DNA of 41,371 nucleotides. Source: Candidatus Solincola tengchongensis (GTDB taxonomy: Bacteria > Actinomycetota > Geothermincolia > Geothermincolales > RBG-13-55-18). The position numbers were made by a program, and so were the translations under genes. This document shows positions 26,738-35,860 of this stretch, one piece after another. The notes below the pieces were generated by a model. The model was not told the origin of the DNA and ran no database searches. It saw only the letters and a program-made list of their open reading frames with translations. Position 1 is the first letter of the stretch, and each line of letters opens with the position of its first letter. The stretch covers positions 1 to 41,371 of the forward strand of contig JACVJH010000024.1 of the NCBI GenBank assembly GCA_015711895.1, in the 5' to 3' direction.

Positions 26738-28531
26738 TTGAAGAGCCTGAAGCGCATACTGATAACCCGATACACAGCCCTCGTCGCGGCGGTCCTGGTC
26801 ATCCTCTCCTTGCTGGTAATCATTCCCATCAGGAGCTATACCCTTTCCCGGGAGAGCAGGGACCTCAAGGTGCAGGCCAGGCTCTTCGCCGGGCACGCGG
26901 AATCCTATTTCCGCCAGGGGATGTCCATGGAGGAGATCGACGACCACCTCGAGGCCCTGGCGTCCCACCTCCCCGTCAGGCTGACCCTCGTCGACGCGGA
27001 GGGAAGAGTCCTCGGGGACTCCGAGTATCCCGCCGAACGCATGGAGAACCATGCCGACAGGCCGGAGGTGGCGGCCGCCCTGCGCGGCGAGGTCTCCTCG
27101 GCACGGCGCGAGTCACGGACCCTGGGCGAGAGGTTCATCTACGCGGCGGCTCCCGTAGAGGTGGACGGGGAGATCGTCGGGGCGGCCCGCGTCTCCGTTC
27201 AGGAGGAGGACGTGATGCCGGTCATCCTCAGGGTCTGGTGGATATTCTTGGCCGCCTTCGGATTGCTCCTTCTGGTCATCGTGGGTACCAGCCTCTGGAC
27301 GGAGAGGACGGTGATGGGGGAACTGGGAGAACTGCGGGACGCGGTGACCTCCATGGCCGGAGGGGAGCTGGAGGGGTGGGTTACCGCGCCCCGCATCGCG
27401 GATTTCTCTGAGCTGGCGGAGAGTTTCAACGTCATGGCCAGAGAAGTGCGCAAGCGCGTGGAGGAACTGGAATCGGAAAGGAAAAAACTGGAAGCTATAC
27501 TGGAGAACGTCTCCACGGGGATACTGGTGGCCGACGGGGAGAACCGCGTGCTCCTCCTCAATCCCGCGGCGGAAGCCATCCTGGGCGTGAGGCTCGAGAA
27601 AGCGAGGGGCCGGCGGCTCGCGGAGGTCTTCGCGGGCACGGAGGTGGAGGAGGCCGTGAGGCTCTCGGCGGCGGGGGAAAAGGTGGAGAGGGAGATGGAG
27701 CTCCTCTACCCCCGCCGCATGACCCTGCACCTGAAGTCGCAGCCGGTGGTCGGAGCGGACGGCAAGGTCTACGCCACCGTGAGCACCCTGGAGGACGTCA
27801 CCCTCCTGAGGCGCGTGGACCGCATAAGACAGGACTTCGTGGCCAACGTCTCCCACGAGCTGCGCACCCCGGTGGCCACCGTGCGCGCCCTGGTGGAGTC
27901 CCTGCTGGGCGGGGCCCTGGAGAGGAGAGAGACGGCGGAGAGGTTCCTCCGGGACCTGGGCCGCGAGACCTCCCGGCTCTCCCAGCTGGTGGAGGACCTG
28001 CTGGCCCTCAGCCGGCTGGAGGGGGGCGAGACCGTCCTGCGGGTGGAGGAGTTCGACCTTCGCGAACTGGTGGAGGAGCGCCTGGAGGGAAAGGCCAAGC
28101 TGGCCGCCGAATACGGGGTGGAGATGGACGCCGCCACGTGCGGGGATTTGAGGGTGGCGGCGGACCGCCGGCTCCTGGCCACCCTTCTGGACAACCTGCT
28201 GGACAACGCCGTCAAATACAACCGCCCGGGAGGGCGGGTATCCGTGGGCTGCCGGAGGGAAGGAGGGGCCCTGGTCCTGGAGGTCAGGGACACGGGCGTG
28301 GGCATGCCCTCCGAGGAGCTGCCCCGCATATTCGAGAGGTTCTACCGGATCGACCGGGCGCGCTCCCGGGAGACGGGGGGCACGGGACTGGGCCTTTCCA
28401 TCGTGAAGCATATCGTCGAGCTCCACGGGGGGTCTGTGAGCGTGGAGAGCGAGCCCGGAGAAGGCTCTGCCTTTTACGTGCGCCTCCCGCAGCCTGTGGA
28501 AGGCGATTCGAAAGCGGGTTCGCCGGGATAG
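26738..28531 (+). CDS. phoR: Sensor histidine kinase (PhoR-like by context)
   Basis: Two transmembrane segments flank an extracytoplasmic region of about 150 aa, followed by HAMP and PAS-like segments. The H-box is FVANVSHELRTP. The N and G boxes are LLDNAVKYN and DTGVGM...GGTGLGLSIV. The start is TTG 26738. Confidence 0.88.
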   Translation: MKSLKRILITRYTALVAAVLVILSLLVIIPIRSYTLSRESRDLKVQARLFAGHAESYFRQGMSMEEIDDHLEALASHLPVRLTLVDAEGRVLGDSEYPAERMENHADRPEVAAALRGEVSSARRESRTLGERFIYAAAPVEVDGEIVGAARVSVQEEDVMPVILRVWWIFLAAFGLLLLVIVGTSLWTERTVMGELGELRDAVTSMAGGELEGWVTAPRIADFSELAESFNVMAREVRKRVEELESERKKLEAILENVSTGILVADGENRVLLLNPAAEAILGVRLEKARGRRLAEVFAGTEVEEAVRLSAAGEKVEREMELLYPRRMTLHLKSQPVVGADGKVYATVSTLEDVTLLRRVDRIRQDFVANVSHELRTPVATVRALVESLLGGALERRETAERFLRDLGRETSRLSQLVEDLLALSRLEGGETVLRVEEFDLRELVEERLEGKAKLAAEYGVEMDAATCGDLRVAADRRLLATLLDNLLDNAVKYNRPGGRVSVGCRREGGALVLEVRDTGVGMPSEELPRIFERFYRIDRARSRETGGTGLGLSIVKHIVELHGGSVSVESEPGEGSAFYVRLPQPVEGDSKAGSPG

Positions 28532-28560
28532 AAGGCCGGAGCCGATCCCTTGCCTTCCGA

Positions 28561-28636
28561 TTAAACTCTCCTTAAACCCCCCTTTTTCAAGAATTTACCT
28601 TTCTTCAAACCGCTTTTAAACGCCGTTCCCTTTAAT
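28561..28636 (+). promoter_or_regulatory. Phased PHO-box-like direct repeats plus a -10-like TTTAAT upstream of pstS
   Basis: TTAAAC occurs at 28561, 28572 and 28616. TCAAAC occurs at 28605 and TTTACC at 28594. All offsets from 28561 are multiples of 11 nt (0, 11, 33, 44, 55). TTTAAT lies at 28631-28636, 9 nt after the last unit. Confidence 0.55.
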
Positions 28637-28753
28637 CGTTCGATAGGGAGAGGAAGGAGGAATCCGGGGTTCCTCCTACGTGACGGACGCGCGCTCGTGT
28701 TCGAGACATGCCGGGAAGGGAAACCCGGCGGAAAGGGAAGAAGGAGGTTGGCA

Positions 28754-29605
28754 ATGTCCGGCAAAAAAGCGGTTTTCGCCGCCCTCGCCGTGATGGTGTC
28801 GCTGTTCCTCATATTGGCGGCGGGTTGCGGCGGGAATGAGAGCGCGGAGGGAGAGGAAAAGCAAAAACTTTCAGGCATCTTGAACATCTCCGGTTCCACA
28901 ACCGTGCTTCCCATAGCCCAGGAAGCGGCGGAGATGTTCATGGACGAGAACCCCGGGGTAACGGTAAACGTGCAGGGCGGGGGGTCGAGCGTGGGCATCT
29001 CCAATGTCGCCGAGGGCGTGGTGGACATAGGAAACTCGTCCCGTGACCTGAGGGAGGAGGAGAAAGGCCTGGGGCTCGTGGGGCACAGGATAGCCCTCGA
29101 CGTCATCGTGGTCGTGACCCACAAGGAAGTGCCTCTGGAAGGCCTGAGCGCCGCTCAGGTCAGGGACATCTTCACCGGTAGGATAACCAACTGGAAGGAA
29201 GTGGGAGGCCCCGACCGGGAGATCAAGGTGGTCATCCGTGACGAGGCTTCGGGTACCCGGGAGATGTTCGACGAGAAAGCCCTCGAGAAGGAGAAACCGG
29301 TCGCCGGGGCCATCGAGTGCAACAGCAACGGCATCGTGCGCCAGACGGTCTCCTCCACCCCCTTCTCCATCGGCTACATCTCCCTCGGCTACCTGGACAA
29401 CTCGGTCAAGGCCCTGAAGTACGAGGGCGTCGAGGCCAGCAAGGAGAGCGCGGCGAACAAGTCATATCCCCTTTCCCGGTACCTCTACATGTTCACCAGA
29501 GGGGAACCGCCCGGGCTAGCGGAGGCCTTCATCGATTTCGTGCTCTCCGACCGCTTCCAGGAAGAGGTAGTGGCCAGGGAATACATTCCCGTGACCCGGA
29601 TCTGA
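28754..29605 (+). CDS. pstS: Phosphate ABC transporter substrate-binding lipoprotein
   Basis: Has a signal peptide with lipobox (AVMVSLFLILAAGC) and the PstS core ISGSTTVLPIAQEAAEMF...VQGGGSSVGI. The start is set to ATG 28754, after GAAGGAGG. The ORF opens at 28697. Confidence 0.9.
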   Translation: MSGKKAVFAALAVMVSLFLILAAGCGGNESAEGEEKQKLSGILNISGSTTVLPIAQEAAEMFMDENPGVTVNVQGGGSSVGISNVAEGVVDIGNSSRDLREEEKGLGLVGHRIALDVIVVVTHKEVPLEGLSAAQVRDIFTGRITNWKEVGGPDREIKVVIRDEASGTREMFDEKALEKEKPVAGAIECNSNGIVRQTVSSTPFSIGYISLGYLDNSVKALKYEGVEASKESAANKSYPLSRYLYMFTRGEPPGLAEAFIDFVLSDRFQEEVVAREYIPVTRI

Positions 29606-29769
29606 GAGGTGGGGAGCATGCGTCAATCTCCGGCCTTCAGTGGGACCACAGGGATAACCGCCCTTCACCGCCAAAACGATCAGGTGGCCGCGTTGCGCTG
29701 CGCTCCGGTCGGTCCCGGAAAGGCGACCTTTCCCGGTCATGGCCGCTGGAATGTGCGGGGTGGTGCCGG

Positions 29770-30639
29770 ATGTACGTGATACGCAGGGAATGGTTGGTGA
29801 AAAGGGTTCTCCTGGTGACGGCCATGGTGGTCGTGCTGGGACTGGCTCTTGTGGTGTACTTCATGGTCAAGGAGTCCATCCCGGCATTTAAGCAAGCCGG
29901 TCCGGCCAACCTCTTCTCCTCCGAATGGGCTCCCGGGGAGGGGCGCTACGGGATGCTCATCTTCCTCGTGGGTACGCTTGCCACCACCGCCGGGGGGCTC
30001 ATCCTAGGTACCCCCCTGGCCCTGGGCTTGGCCCTTTTCCTCACCCAGGTCGCCCCCCGGCGTTCCCGGGCCCTCTTCTCCCGCGGCGTGGAGACATTGG
30101 CGGGCATACCTTCCATAGTGCTGGGATGGCTGGGCTTCACCATTCTGGTGCCTTGGATCAGGGAGCTCTCTGGAAGCTCCGGAAGCGGGATCCTTGCCGC
30201 TTCCATAGTCCTTGCCGTCATGGTAATCCCCACCATCACCGCCATTTCCAGGGACGCCCTGGAAGCGGTGCCCTCCACCTATGCGCAGGCCTCCCTGGCC
30301 ATGGGAGCCACCCGGTGGCAGACCATCAGGCGGGTTCAGCTCCCCGCCGCAAAACACGGTATACTGGCCGCGATCATCCTGGGCATGGGGAGGGCCATCG
30401 GGGAGACCATGGCTGTGGCCATGGTCATCGGGCCCGCTTCCGTCTTCCCCACCTCACTGACCTCTCCCACCCATACGCTCACCACCAAGATACTCATGGA
30501 GATGGGGGAATCGACGGGAGTGCAGCGCTCCTCCCTGTTCGCCATGGGGTTGGTCCTGCTCATGCTGGCCATGGCCCTCATAGCGCTTATGCGCCGGGTT
30601 TCCGGGGGCCGGAGCGCGACCCCGGAGGTGGTGGAATAG
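29770..30639 (+). CDS. pstC: Phosphate ABC transporter permease PstC
   Basis: A multi-pass membrane protein with the EAA-loop region AISRDALEAVPSTYAQASLAMGATRWQTIRRVQLPAA. The start is set to ATG 29770. The ORF from 29317 would overlap pstS out of frame. Confidence 0.88.
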   Translation: MYVIRREWLVKRVLLVTAMVVVLGLALVVYFMVKESIPAFKQAGPANLFSSEWAPGEGRYGMLIFLVGTLATTAGGLILGTPLALGLALFLTQVAPRRSRALFSRGVETLAGIPSIVLGWLGFTILVPWIRELSGSSGSGILAASIVLAVMVIPTITAISRDALEAVPSTYAQASLAMGATRWQTIRRVQLPAAKHGILAAIILGMGRAIGETMAVAMVIGPASVFPTSLTSPTHTLTTKILMEMGESTGVQRSSLFAMGLVLLMLAMALIALMRRVSGGRSATPEVVE

Positions 30640-31662
30640 ATGGAGAGGGCGGCGTGGACGACGGCGGTGAAGGTGGGCGGCATGAGGGAGGTCGAGCCCG
30701 GCGCGACCGGTGCGGCGGGAGGCGGTTGGTTGGGCCCGTGTGGGGCGCAGGCCAGGGTGGAGAAGGGGGTGCGCCGGGGGAGCGTGAAGGCATCGGCGGC
30801 GCATAGAAGAGCGGCTCTCGCCGACCGGCTGGCCACGGCCGGCATATGGGCACTCTCCATCCTGGCCCTCTCTACGGTGGCCCTGGTGATAGGCGCCGTT
30901 CTCTGGAAAGGACTGGGAACGGCATTGTCCCCTGCATTCGTGTTCGGCAAACCGCAGGCCATGCGGGAGGGAGGCGGTGTCTGGCCCATGGTCGTCTCCT
31001 CCTTTCACCTCTCCCTCCTCACCCTGGCGCTGGTCGTGCCCCTGGGGGTGGGGGCCGCCGTCTACATGTCCGAGTTCGCGGGCGTGGGGCGCCTGGCGCG
31101 CCTGGTGCGCTTCGGGGCGGATTCCCTTTCCGCGGTCCCCTCCGTGGTCTTCGGGATCTTCGGGATGGTGGTCTTCGTCGTCTACCTCGGCCTGGGATAT
31201 TCACTGCTGGCCGGGGCCCTGACCCTCGCCCTCCTGAACTTGCCAACGGTGATGAGATCAGCGGAGGAATCCATAAAAGCCGTGCCGCGGTCCTACCTCG
31301 AGGCGGCCCTGGCCACGGGCTGCACGAAGTGGGAGGCGGTGAAGAGGGTCGTTCTTCCGGTTGCCGTGCCCGGCATCGCCACCGGAGCCATCCTTACCGC
31401 TGGGCGGATAGTGGGTGAGAGCGCCGCCGTCATCTACACCGTAGGACTGTTCGTGCGCAGGGTCCCCTGGTCTCCTTTCCGGCCGGCCGCGCCTATGGCC
31501 GCGAACATATGGCATATGTACACCGAGGGCGCGCTGGTGCCGGACTGGTTCCGGGTGGCCAGCGGAGAGGCGGCCCTCCTCCTCCTCATCGTGTTGACCC
31601 TCAACCTGGTGGCCAGGACGACGGCGAAAGCGGTGAGGAAGAGGATGGGTTATCGTGACTGA
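30640..31662 (+). CDS. pstA: Phosphate ABC transporter permease PstA
   Basis: EAA-loop region VMRSAEESIKAVPRSYLEAALATGCTKWEAVKRVVLPVAVPGI. ATG 30640 abuts the pstC stop. GTG 30769, after GGAGAAGGGG, is an alternative start that would remove about 43 non-PstA-like residues. Confidence 0.85.
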   Translation: MERAAWTTAVKVGGMREVEPGATGAAGGGWLGPCGAQARVEKGVRRGSVKASAAHRRAALADRLATAGIWALSILALSTVALVIGAVLWKGLGTALSPAFVFGKPQAMREGGGVWPMVVSSFHLSLLTLALVVPLGVGAAVYMSEFAGVGRLARLVRFGADSLSAVPSVVFGIFGMVVFVVYLGLGYSLLAGALTLALLNLPTVMRSAEESIKAVPRSYLEAALATGCTKWEAVKRVVLPVAVPGIATGAILTAGRIVGESAAVIYTVGLFVRRVPWSPFRPAAPMAANIWHMYTEGALVPDWFRVASGEAALLLLIVLTLNLVARTTAKAVRKRMGYRD

Positions 31663-31672
31663 GGGGTGAGAG

Positions 31673-32572
31673 ATGGCCAGGATCTTCGCCGTCCTGGGGT
31701 CGTTGCGCGGTGACCGGCTCTTGGTGGAGGCACCGGAGAAAGGGATTACCCGTCACCGCTTTCCTGCAAGGCGGGACGAAAGGTTCGACGCCCCCGGTGA
31801 GGGCATCAAGTTCCACATACGCGACCTGAGCCTCTTTTACGGCAAAAGGAAGGTATTGGAAAATATTACCATAGATATCCCGGAGAGGAGGATCACCGCG
31901 GTCATCGGCCCCTCCGGCTGCGGCAAGTCCTCCTTTCTGCGTTGCCTTAACCGTATGAACGATTTGGTCGAGGGGTGCCGTGTGGAGGGTGAGGTCCTTC
32001 TTGACGGAGAGGAGATCTACGGGAGGGATGGCGACGTGACCTCATTGCGGCGGAGGGTGGGCATGGTCTTTCAGAAGCCAAACCCGTTCCCCAAGACCGT
32101 CTACGAGAACGTCGCTTTCGGCCCCCGCGTGCTGGGAATAAAAGACCGTGGGGTCCTCGACGGGATCGTGGAGAACAGCCTGCGCCGGGCGGCGCTCTGG
32201 GAGGAGGTCAAGGACAAGCTCAGGGAGCCGGCTCTGGCCCTCTCCGGGGGACAGCAGCAGCGCCTGTGCATCGCACGCGTGCTGGCCGTGGAGCCGGAGG
32301 TCATATTGCTGGACGAACCCTGCTCCGCCCTGGACCCTGTAGCCACGCAGCGCATCGAGGACCTTCTGGCCGAGTTGAAGGAAAAATATACCATTGTAAT
32401 CGTGACCCACAACATGCAGCAGGCGGCCCGGGTCAGCGACTACACGGCCTTTTTCCTCATCGAGAAGCAGGGAGACCCCGGGCGGCTGGTGGAGTTCGGG
32501 GAGACCGGCGCCCTCTTCACCGCCCCGGCGGACGAGCGAACGGAGAGGTACATCACCGGGAGGTTCGGTTGA
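31673..32572 (+). CDS. pstB: Phosphate ABC transporter ATP-binding protein PstB
   Basis: Walker [13 protein letters not shown] signature LSGGQQQRL, Walker [12 protein letters not shown]. The PstB-typical FYGKRKVL and [13 protein letters not shown] are also present. The first 40 or so residues are not PstB-like, so the true start is probably downstream (TTG/GTG near 31721). Confidence 0.88.
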   Translation: MARIFAVLGSLRGDRLLVEAPEKGITRHRFPARRDERFDAPGEGIKFHIRDLSLFYGKRKVLENITIDIPERRITAVIGPSGCGKSSFLRCLNRMNDLVEGCRVEGEVLLDGEEIYGRDGDVTSLRRRVGMVFQKPNPFPKTVYENVAFGPRVLGIKDRGVLDGIVENSLRRAALWEEVKDKLREPALALSGGQQQRLCIARVLAVEPEVILLDEPCSALDPVATQRIEDLLAELKEKYTIVIVTHNMQQAARVSDYTAFFLIEKQGDPGRLVEFGETGALFTAPADERTERYITGRFG

Positions 32573-32920
32573 ATCTTCGAGACGGGACTAGCGTCCGCGG
32601 ATCGCTCCACAGGGCGGTGAGCCGCTCGCGGATGAGCTGCGCTCCACACGAGCCTTGCGAAGGGGCCTCGGCAGGAAAGACGAGGGGCCCGGGCGGGCGG
32701 ACCGTTTCGGCCTCCGGTTCGCCTCCTGTCCGGGTGCCAGTTTCCGGGAACGCAGGAGGTCGGATGCACCACGGGTCGAGCATAGGGGGAGGGAAACGGG
32801 AGGCGGCAAGAGCTTCTTCGGCGGGGCTCGTCGAGCCGCACGGGTTGCTCCCGCGCGTGGAAACGCCCTCCCCGTGTTTTCGGTGGCCGTTGGATGAAAC
32901 CGGCATCTCTTAACGGAGGA

Positions 32921-33562
32921 ATGATGGTGGAGCCGCGAAGGGACTTTCACCACAGGCTTGACGAGCTATACGTGGAATTGCTGCGCATGGGCGGCGGACT
33001 CCTGGCCACCATGGAGAAGACCCGCCTGTGTTTCCTGGAGCTGGACCATGTCGCCGCCGACGAGATCATCGCCGGGGACCACCTTTTCGACGATTACCGC
33101 AACCGGCTGGAGGAAGAAGGCCTTGAGCTCCTGGCGCTGCAAGCCCCGGTGGCCGTGGACCTCCGCATGATCGTCGTCATCATGCGCATTGCCCAGAAAT
33201 TCGAGCGCATGGCCGACCTGTGCGAGGATATCGCGGTGGCGGTGAAGAACATCCGCGCGGTGAGCCTCCATTCCTGGATAAAAGAAGCCATCGACGAGAT
33301 GGCTCGCCGTTCCCTGCGGCTGGTGGAAAGGGCGCTGGAGGGATTCAAGGAGCGCGACGCGGGCATGGTCCGGGAGCTGGAGGCCATGGACGATTCGGTT
33401 GACCGGCTTTACCGCGGCTTCTTCAGGGAATTCGACCGGGGCAGGGATGAGGAGCTCGACGTGGCCGTGAGGGTGATCATGGTCGCCCGCTTCTTCGAGC
33501 GCATCGCCGACCATGCCGTGGACATCGGCGACAACGTCCGTTTCCTGGTCAGCGGGAGGTGA
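32921..33562 (+). CDS. phoU: Phosphate signalling complex protein PhoU
   Basis: Two PhoU repeats are present (…DDYRNRLEEEGLELLALQAPVAVDLR…ERMADLCEDIA… and …VDRLYRGFFREF…RFFERIADHAVDIGDNV). The start is ATG 32921/32924, after GGAGGA. The ORF opens at 32894. Confidence 0.9.
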   Translation: MMVEPRRDFHHRLDELYVELLRMGGGLLATMEKTRLCFLELDHVAADEIIAGDHLFDDYRNRLEEEGLELLALQAPVAVDLRMIVVIMRIAQKFERMADLCEDIAVAVKNIRAVSLHSWIKEAIDEMARRSLRLVERALEGFKERDAGMVRELEAMDDSVDRLYRGFFREFDRGRDEELDVAVRVIMVARFFERIADHAVDIGDNVRFLVSGR

Positions 33563-33608
33563 CAGTGGCGGTCCGGCGGACAGGCGGTTTCCACGCAGTG
33601 GGGCGCGG

Positions 33609-35135
33609 TCATCCTCCCTGGATGGCCTCGAGGATGTCCGGGTCCAAGCCCTCGAACCTCTCCAGCCACTCTATACGCTCCCTCCGTAAGGATTTGTTGA
33701 GGGACTCGATCTCGTCGGGCTGGTAGAAGTTCTCCAGGTCGAATCGCTGGTAATCTATGCCCGGCACCTCCTCGGGCACCTCGTAACCCCAGAAGGAGTC
33801 CTCCTTCCACTTGATTTCGTCGCGGGCGATCATCTCGATTATCTTCGCGGAATCCCTGATAGTTATCTTCTCCCCCTCCGATCCCTCTTTGGCGCCCACC
33901 CTTCCCGTGTTGATGAGGTAACAGTTGATGTCCGGGTTGGCCCTGAGTATGGAGAGGAAGATGTTCCCCTCCTCGGCCTCGGGCCCGATGATGAAGGGGT
34001 TGGTGCCCACAACCCTGATCGCCCTCCCGGCCATGGTGGGATCGCCGGCCGAGGTCTCGACCGACTCGCCGAGCATGAAGACGGCGGCGGCGAATTCCGG
34101 GCTGAGCTTGGCCACGGGAGGCACGACATCGTTGCGGCGGGTTATGAAGACCACGTTCTGCACCTTGTCCAGGTCGATGCGGTCGTCGGTGAAAGCCACG
34201 TCGCTCCTCTTGACCATGGCCCGGCCGTTAGAGGTGATGGAGGTGTCGTGGAAGTCTATCCGCCGGTCCTCCTTGTGCACCTTGACGTTCTCCAGAATGG
34301 TGCGCGGCGAGAGGCAGGCGGCGTAGAGTAGGGGCTGGGAGTCGAGGTCCAGGGCGTCGGTCTTCACGTAATATGAACTCTCCGTGCCCAGCGCGCTTCC
34401 GTCCGGACGCAGGATGACCACGTCGTCCTGGCGTATGATCACCCGCTCCGGGTGTTCCAGCCAGTGGGAGTGGCAGGTCAGGCTGGTCTTTCCGGTGCCG
34501 GACAGGCCGAAGAAGAGAAACCCCACGTCGGTGAGTTGGCCCCCGCGCCTGACCCTGATGACTTTGGAGCCGGCGTGTAATCCCAGGCACCCTCTTTTCT
34601 TGACCGCGTACATGAGCTGGCGCAGCATGGCCTTCTTGTTCTCGCCCTTGTAATCGCTGCCCAGGATTATGGTGATTCCCTGCTCGGGGAACACCATCAC
34701 GCGCCGTGTGGGCCATTCGGCCACGGTGATGGTGACGAAGTCCGGGTCGTCGTCCTTGTCCTCGATGGGGAACAGGGTGTTGCCCCACATGAGGGGGATG
34801 CGGGCATATTCGGAGGTTATGTAGACGCGGGCGTGAAAGTGGAAGTCCGGGTGCGTGCACATCCGCCTGTCCAGCCGGATGACCTCCTTGTTCCTCAGGT
34901 AGTCGAAGACCTCTTCCAGAAGTGCCAGGTCCTTCTCGTCCGGGTCCTTGCCGTGGTAGATCTCGGTGAACTTCGCGCTCCTGCTCCTGACGTTGGTGAT
35001 CACCGCCAGGTTGCCTACCTGGGTTATTATCCCGCCCTGCTCGATAGCCCAGGCCCGCAGCTGCTCGTCGTCCGGGTTGTCCAGGACCTTTCCCGGTTTG
35101 AACGTCCTCCCGTAGAGCTCAAAGGTGTCGTTCAT
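33609..35135 (-). CDS. pckA: Phosphoenolpyruvate carboxykinase (ATP)
   Basis: Has the kinase-1a motif FFGLSGTGKTSL, plus LGLHAGS..., RNDVVPPVAKL and LINTGRVG. An AAAGGAGAG ribosome-binding site precedes the ATG at 35135. Confidence 0.88.
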   Translation of the reverse strand: MNDTFELYGRTFKPGKVLDNPDDEQLRAWAIEQGGIITQVGNLAVITNVRSRSAKFTEIYHGKDPDEKDLALLEEVFDYLRNKEVIRLDRRMCTHPDFHFHARVYITSEYARIPLMWGNTLFPIEDKDDDPDFVTITVAEWPTRRVMVFPEQGITIILGSDYKGENKKAMLRQLMYAVKKRGCLGLHAGSKVIRVRRGGQLTDVGFLFFGLSGTGKTSLTCHSHWLEHPERVIIRQDDVVILRPDGSALGTESSYYVKTDALDLDSQPLLYAACLSPRTILENVKVHKEDRRIDFHDTSITSNGRAMVKRSDVAFTDDRIDLDKVQNVVFITRRNDVVPPVAKLSPEFAAAVFMLGESVETSAGDPTMAGRAIRVVGTNPFIIGPEAEEGNIFLSILRANPDINCYLINTGRVGAKEGSEGEKITIRDSAKIIEMIARDEIKWKEDSFWGYEVPEEVPGIDYQRFDLENFYQPDEIESLNKSLRRERIEWLERFEGLDPDILEAIQGG

Positions 35136-35860
35136 CCTGCTCTCCTTTTATAGACGGCTTCATATGGTCGAAGGGCTGCGTTCGTTCGTTATTTCATAGG
35201 TGTAGAAATATATAGCATCATAGGGCGGCTCAGTTCAAGGAACCCTTGCGGGGGGACGCCGGGAGGACTTTTCGCCCTCTCGACATGATGGTCAAGAGGA
35301 TATCTCACGCACCCTTCCCCATCACCCGTCACGGTGCATCATCGCTTGAGGAACAGGCGCACTCGAAGGGTACGCAGCCGTCTCCTCCGACGCCCACAGG
35401 AGACGCCGCGGGTCCTTTCGTCGACACTCCTCACTTTGTTCCTTTTCCCATTCCCGCAGGAGGCGGAGGACAACAAGTCCCTTGTGCCCGAAAACTCGGG
35501 ATGATCGCTGATTTCCCCCTCCCAGTGGAGGCAGGGAAATGAGCCCTACCGGGTAAAGGTGGGAAGCCGACCCGGCCCGGGACGGGTTTTAACGGCCGGG
35601 GAACCGGATTCGCCTCGGCTGTTCGTCTTTCCGTGGGGTCGAACGTGCCGAACATCGGCGGGTGCTTGTTGCCCCCCATTGGTCACGGCGGCTAAAATAA
35701 CTCCACGGCGATGATGTCCTCGACGTCCGGGACGATTGCCCCCGGGATATCGGCCTGCCAGGGTACACGGTTCGTTTAACCTCATCCCGTTCGGCATTGA
35801 ATGTGGTGCCGGCGGGTCGAGGAAAGCGCGGAAAAGCACGAAACCGAAAGGAAGGCGGAC

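Noticed and set aside
29317-29769. A 151-codon N-terminal extension of the pstC ORF that overlaps pstS.
   Set aside because: The extension is out of frame with a well-supported pstS and translates to Arg/Gly/Pro-rich sequence. The PstC-like sequence begins at ATG 29770.
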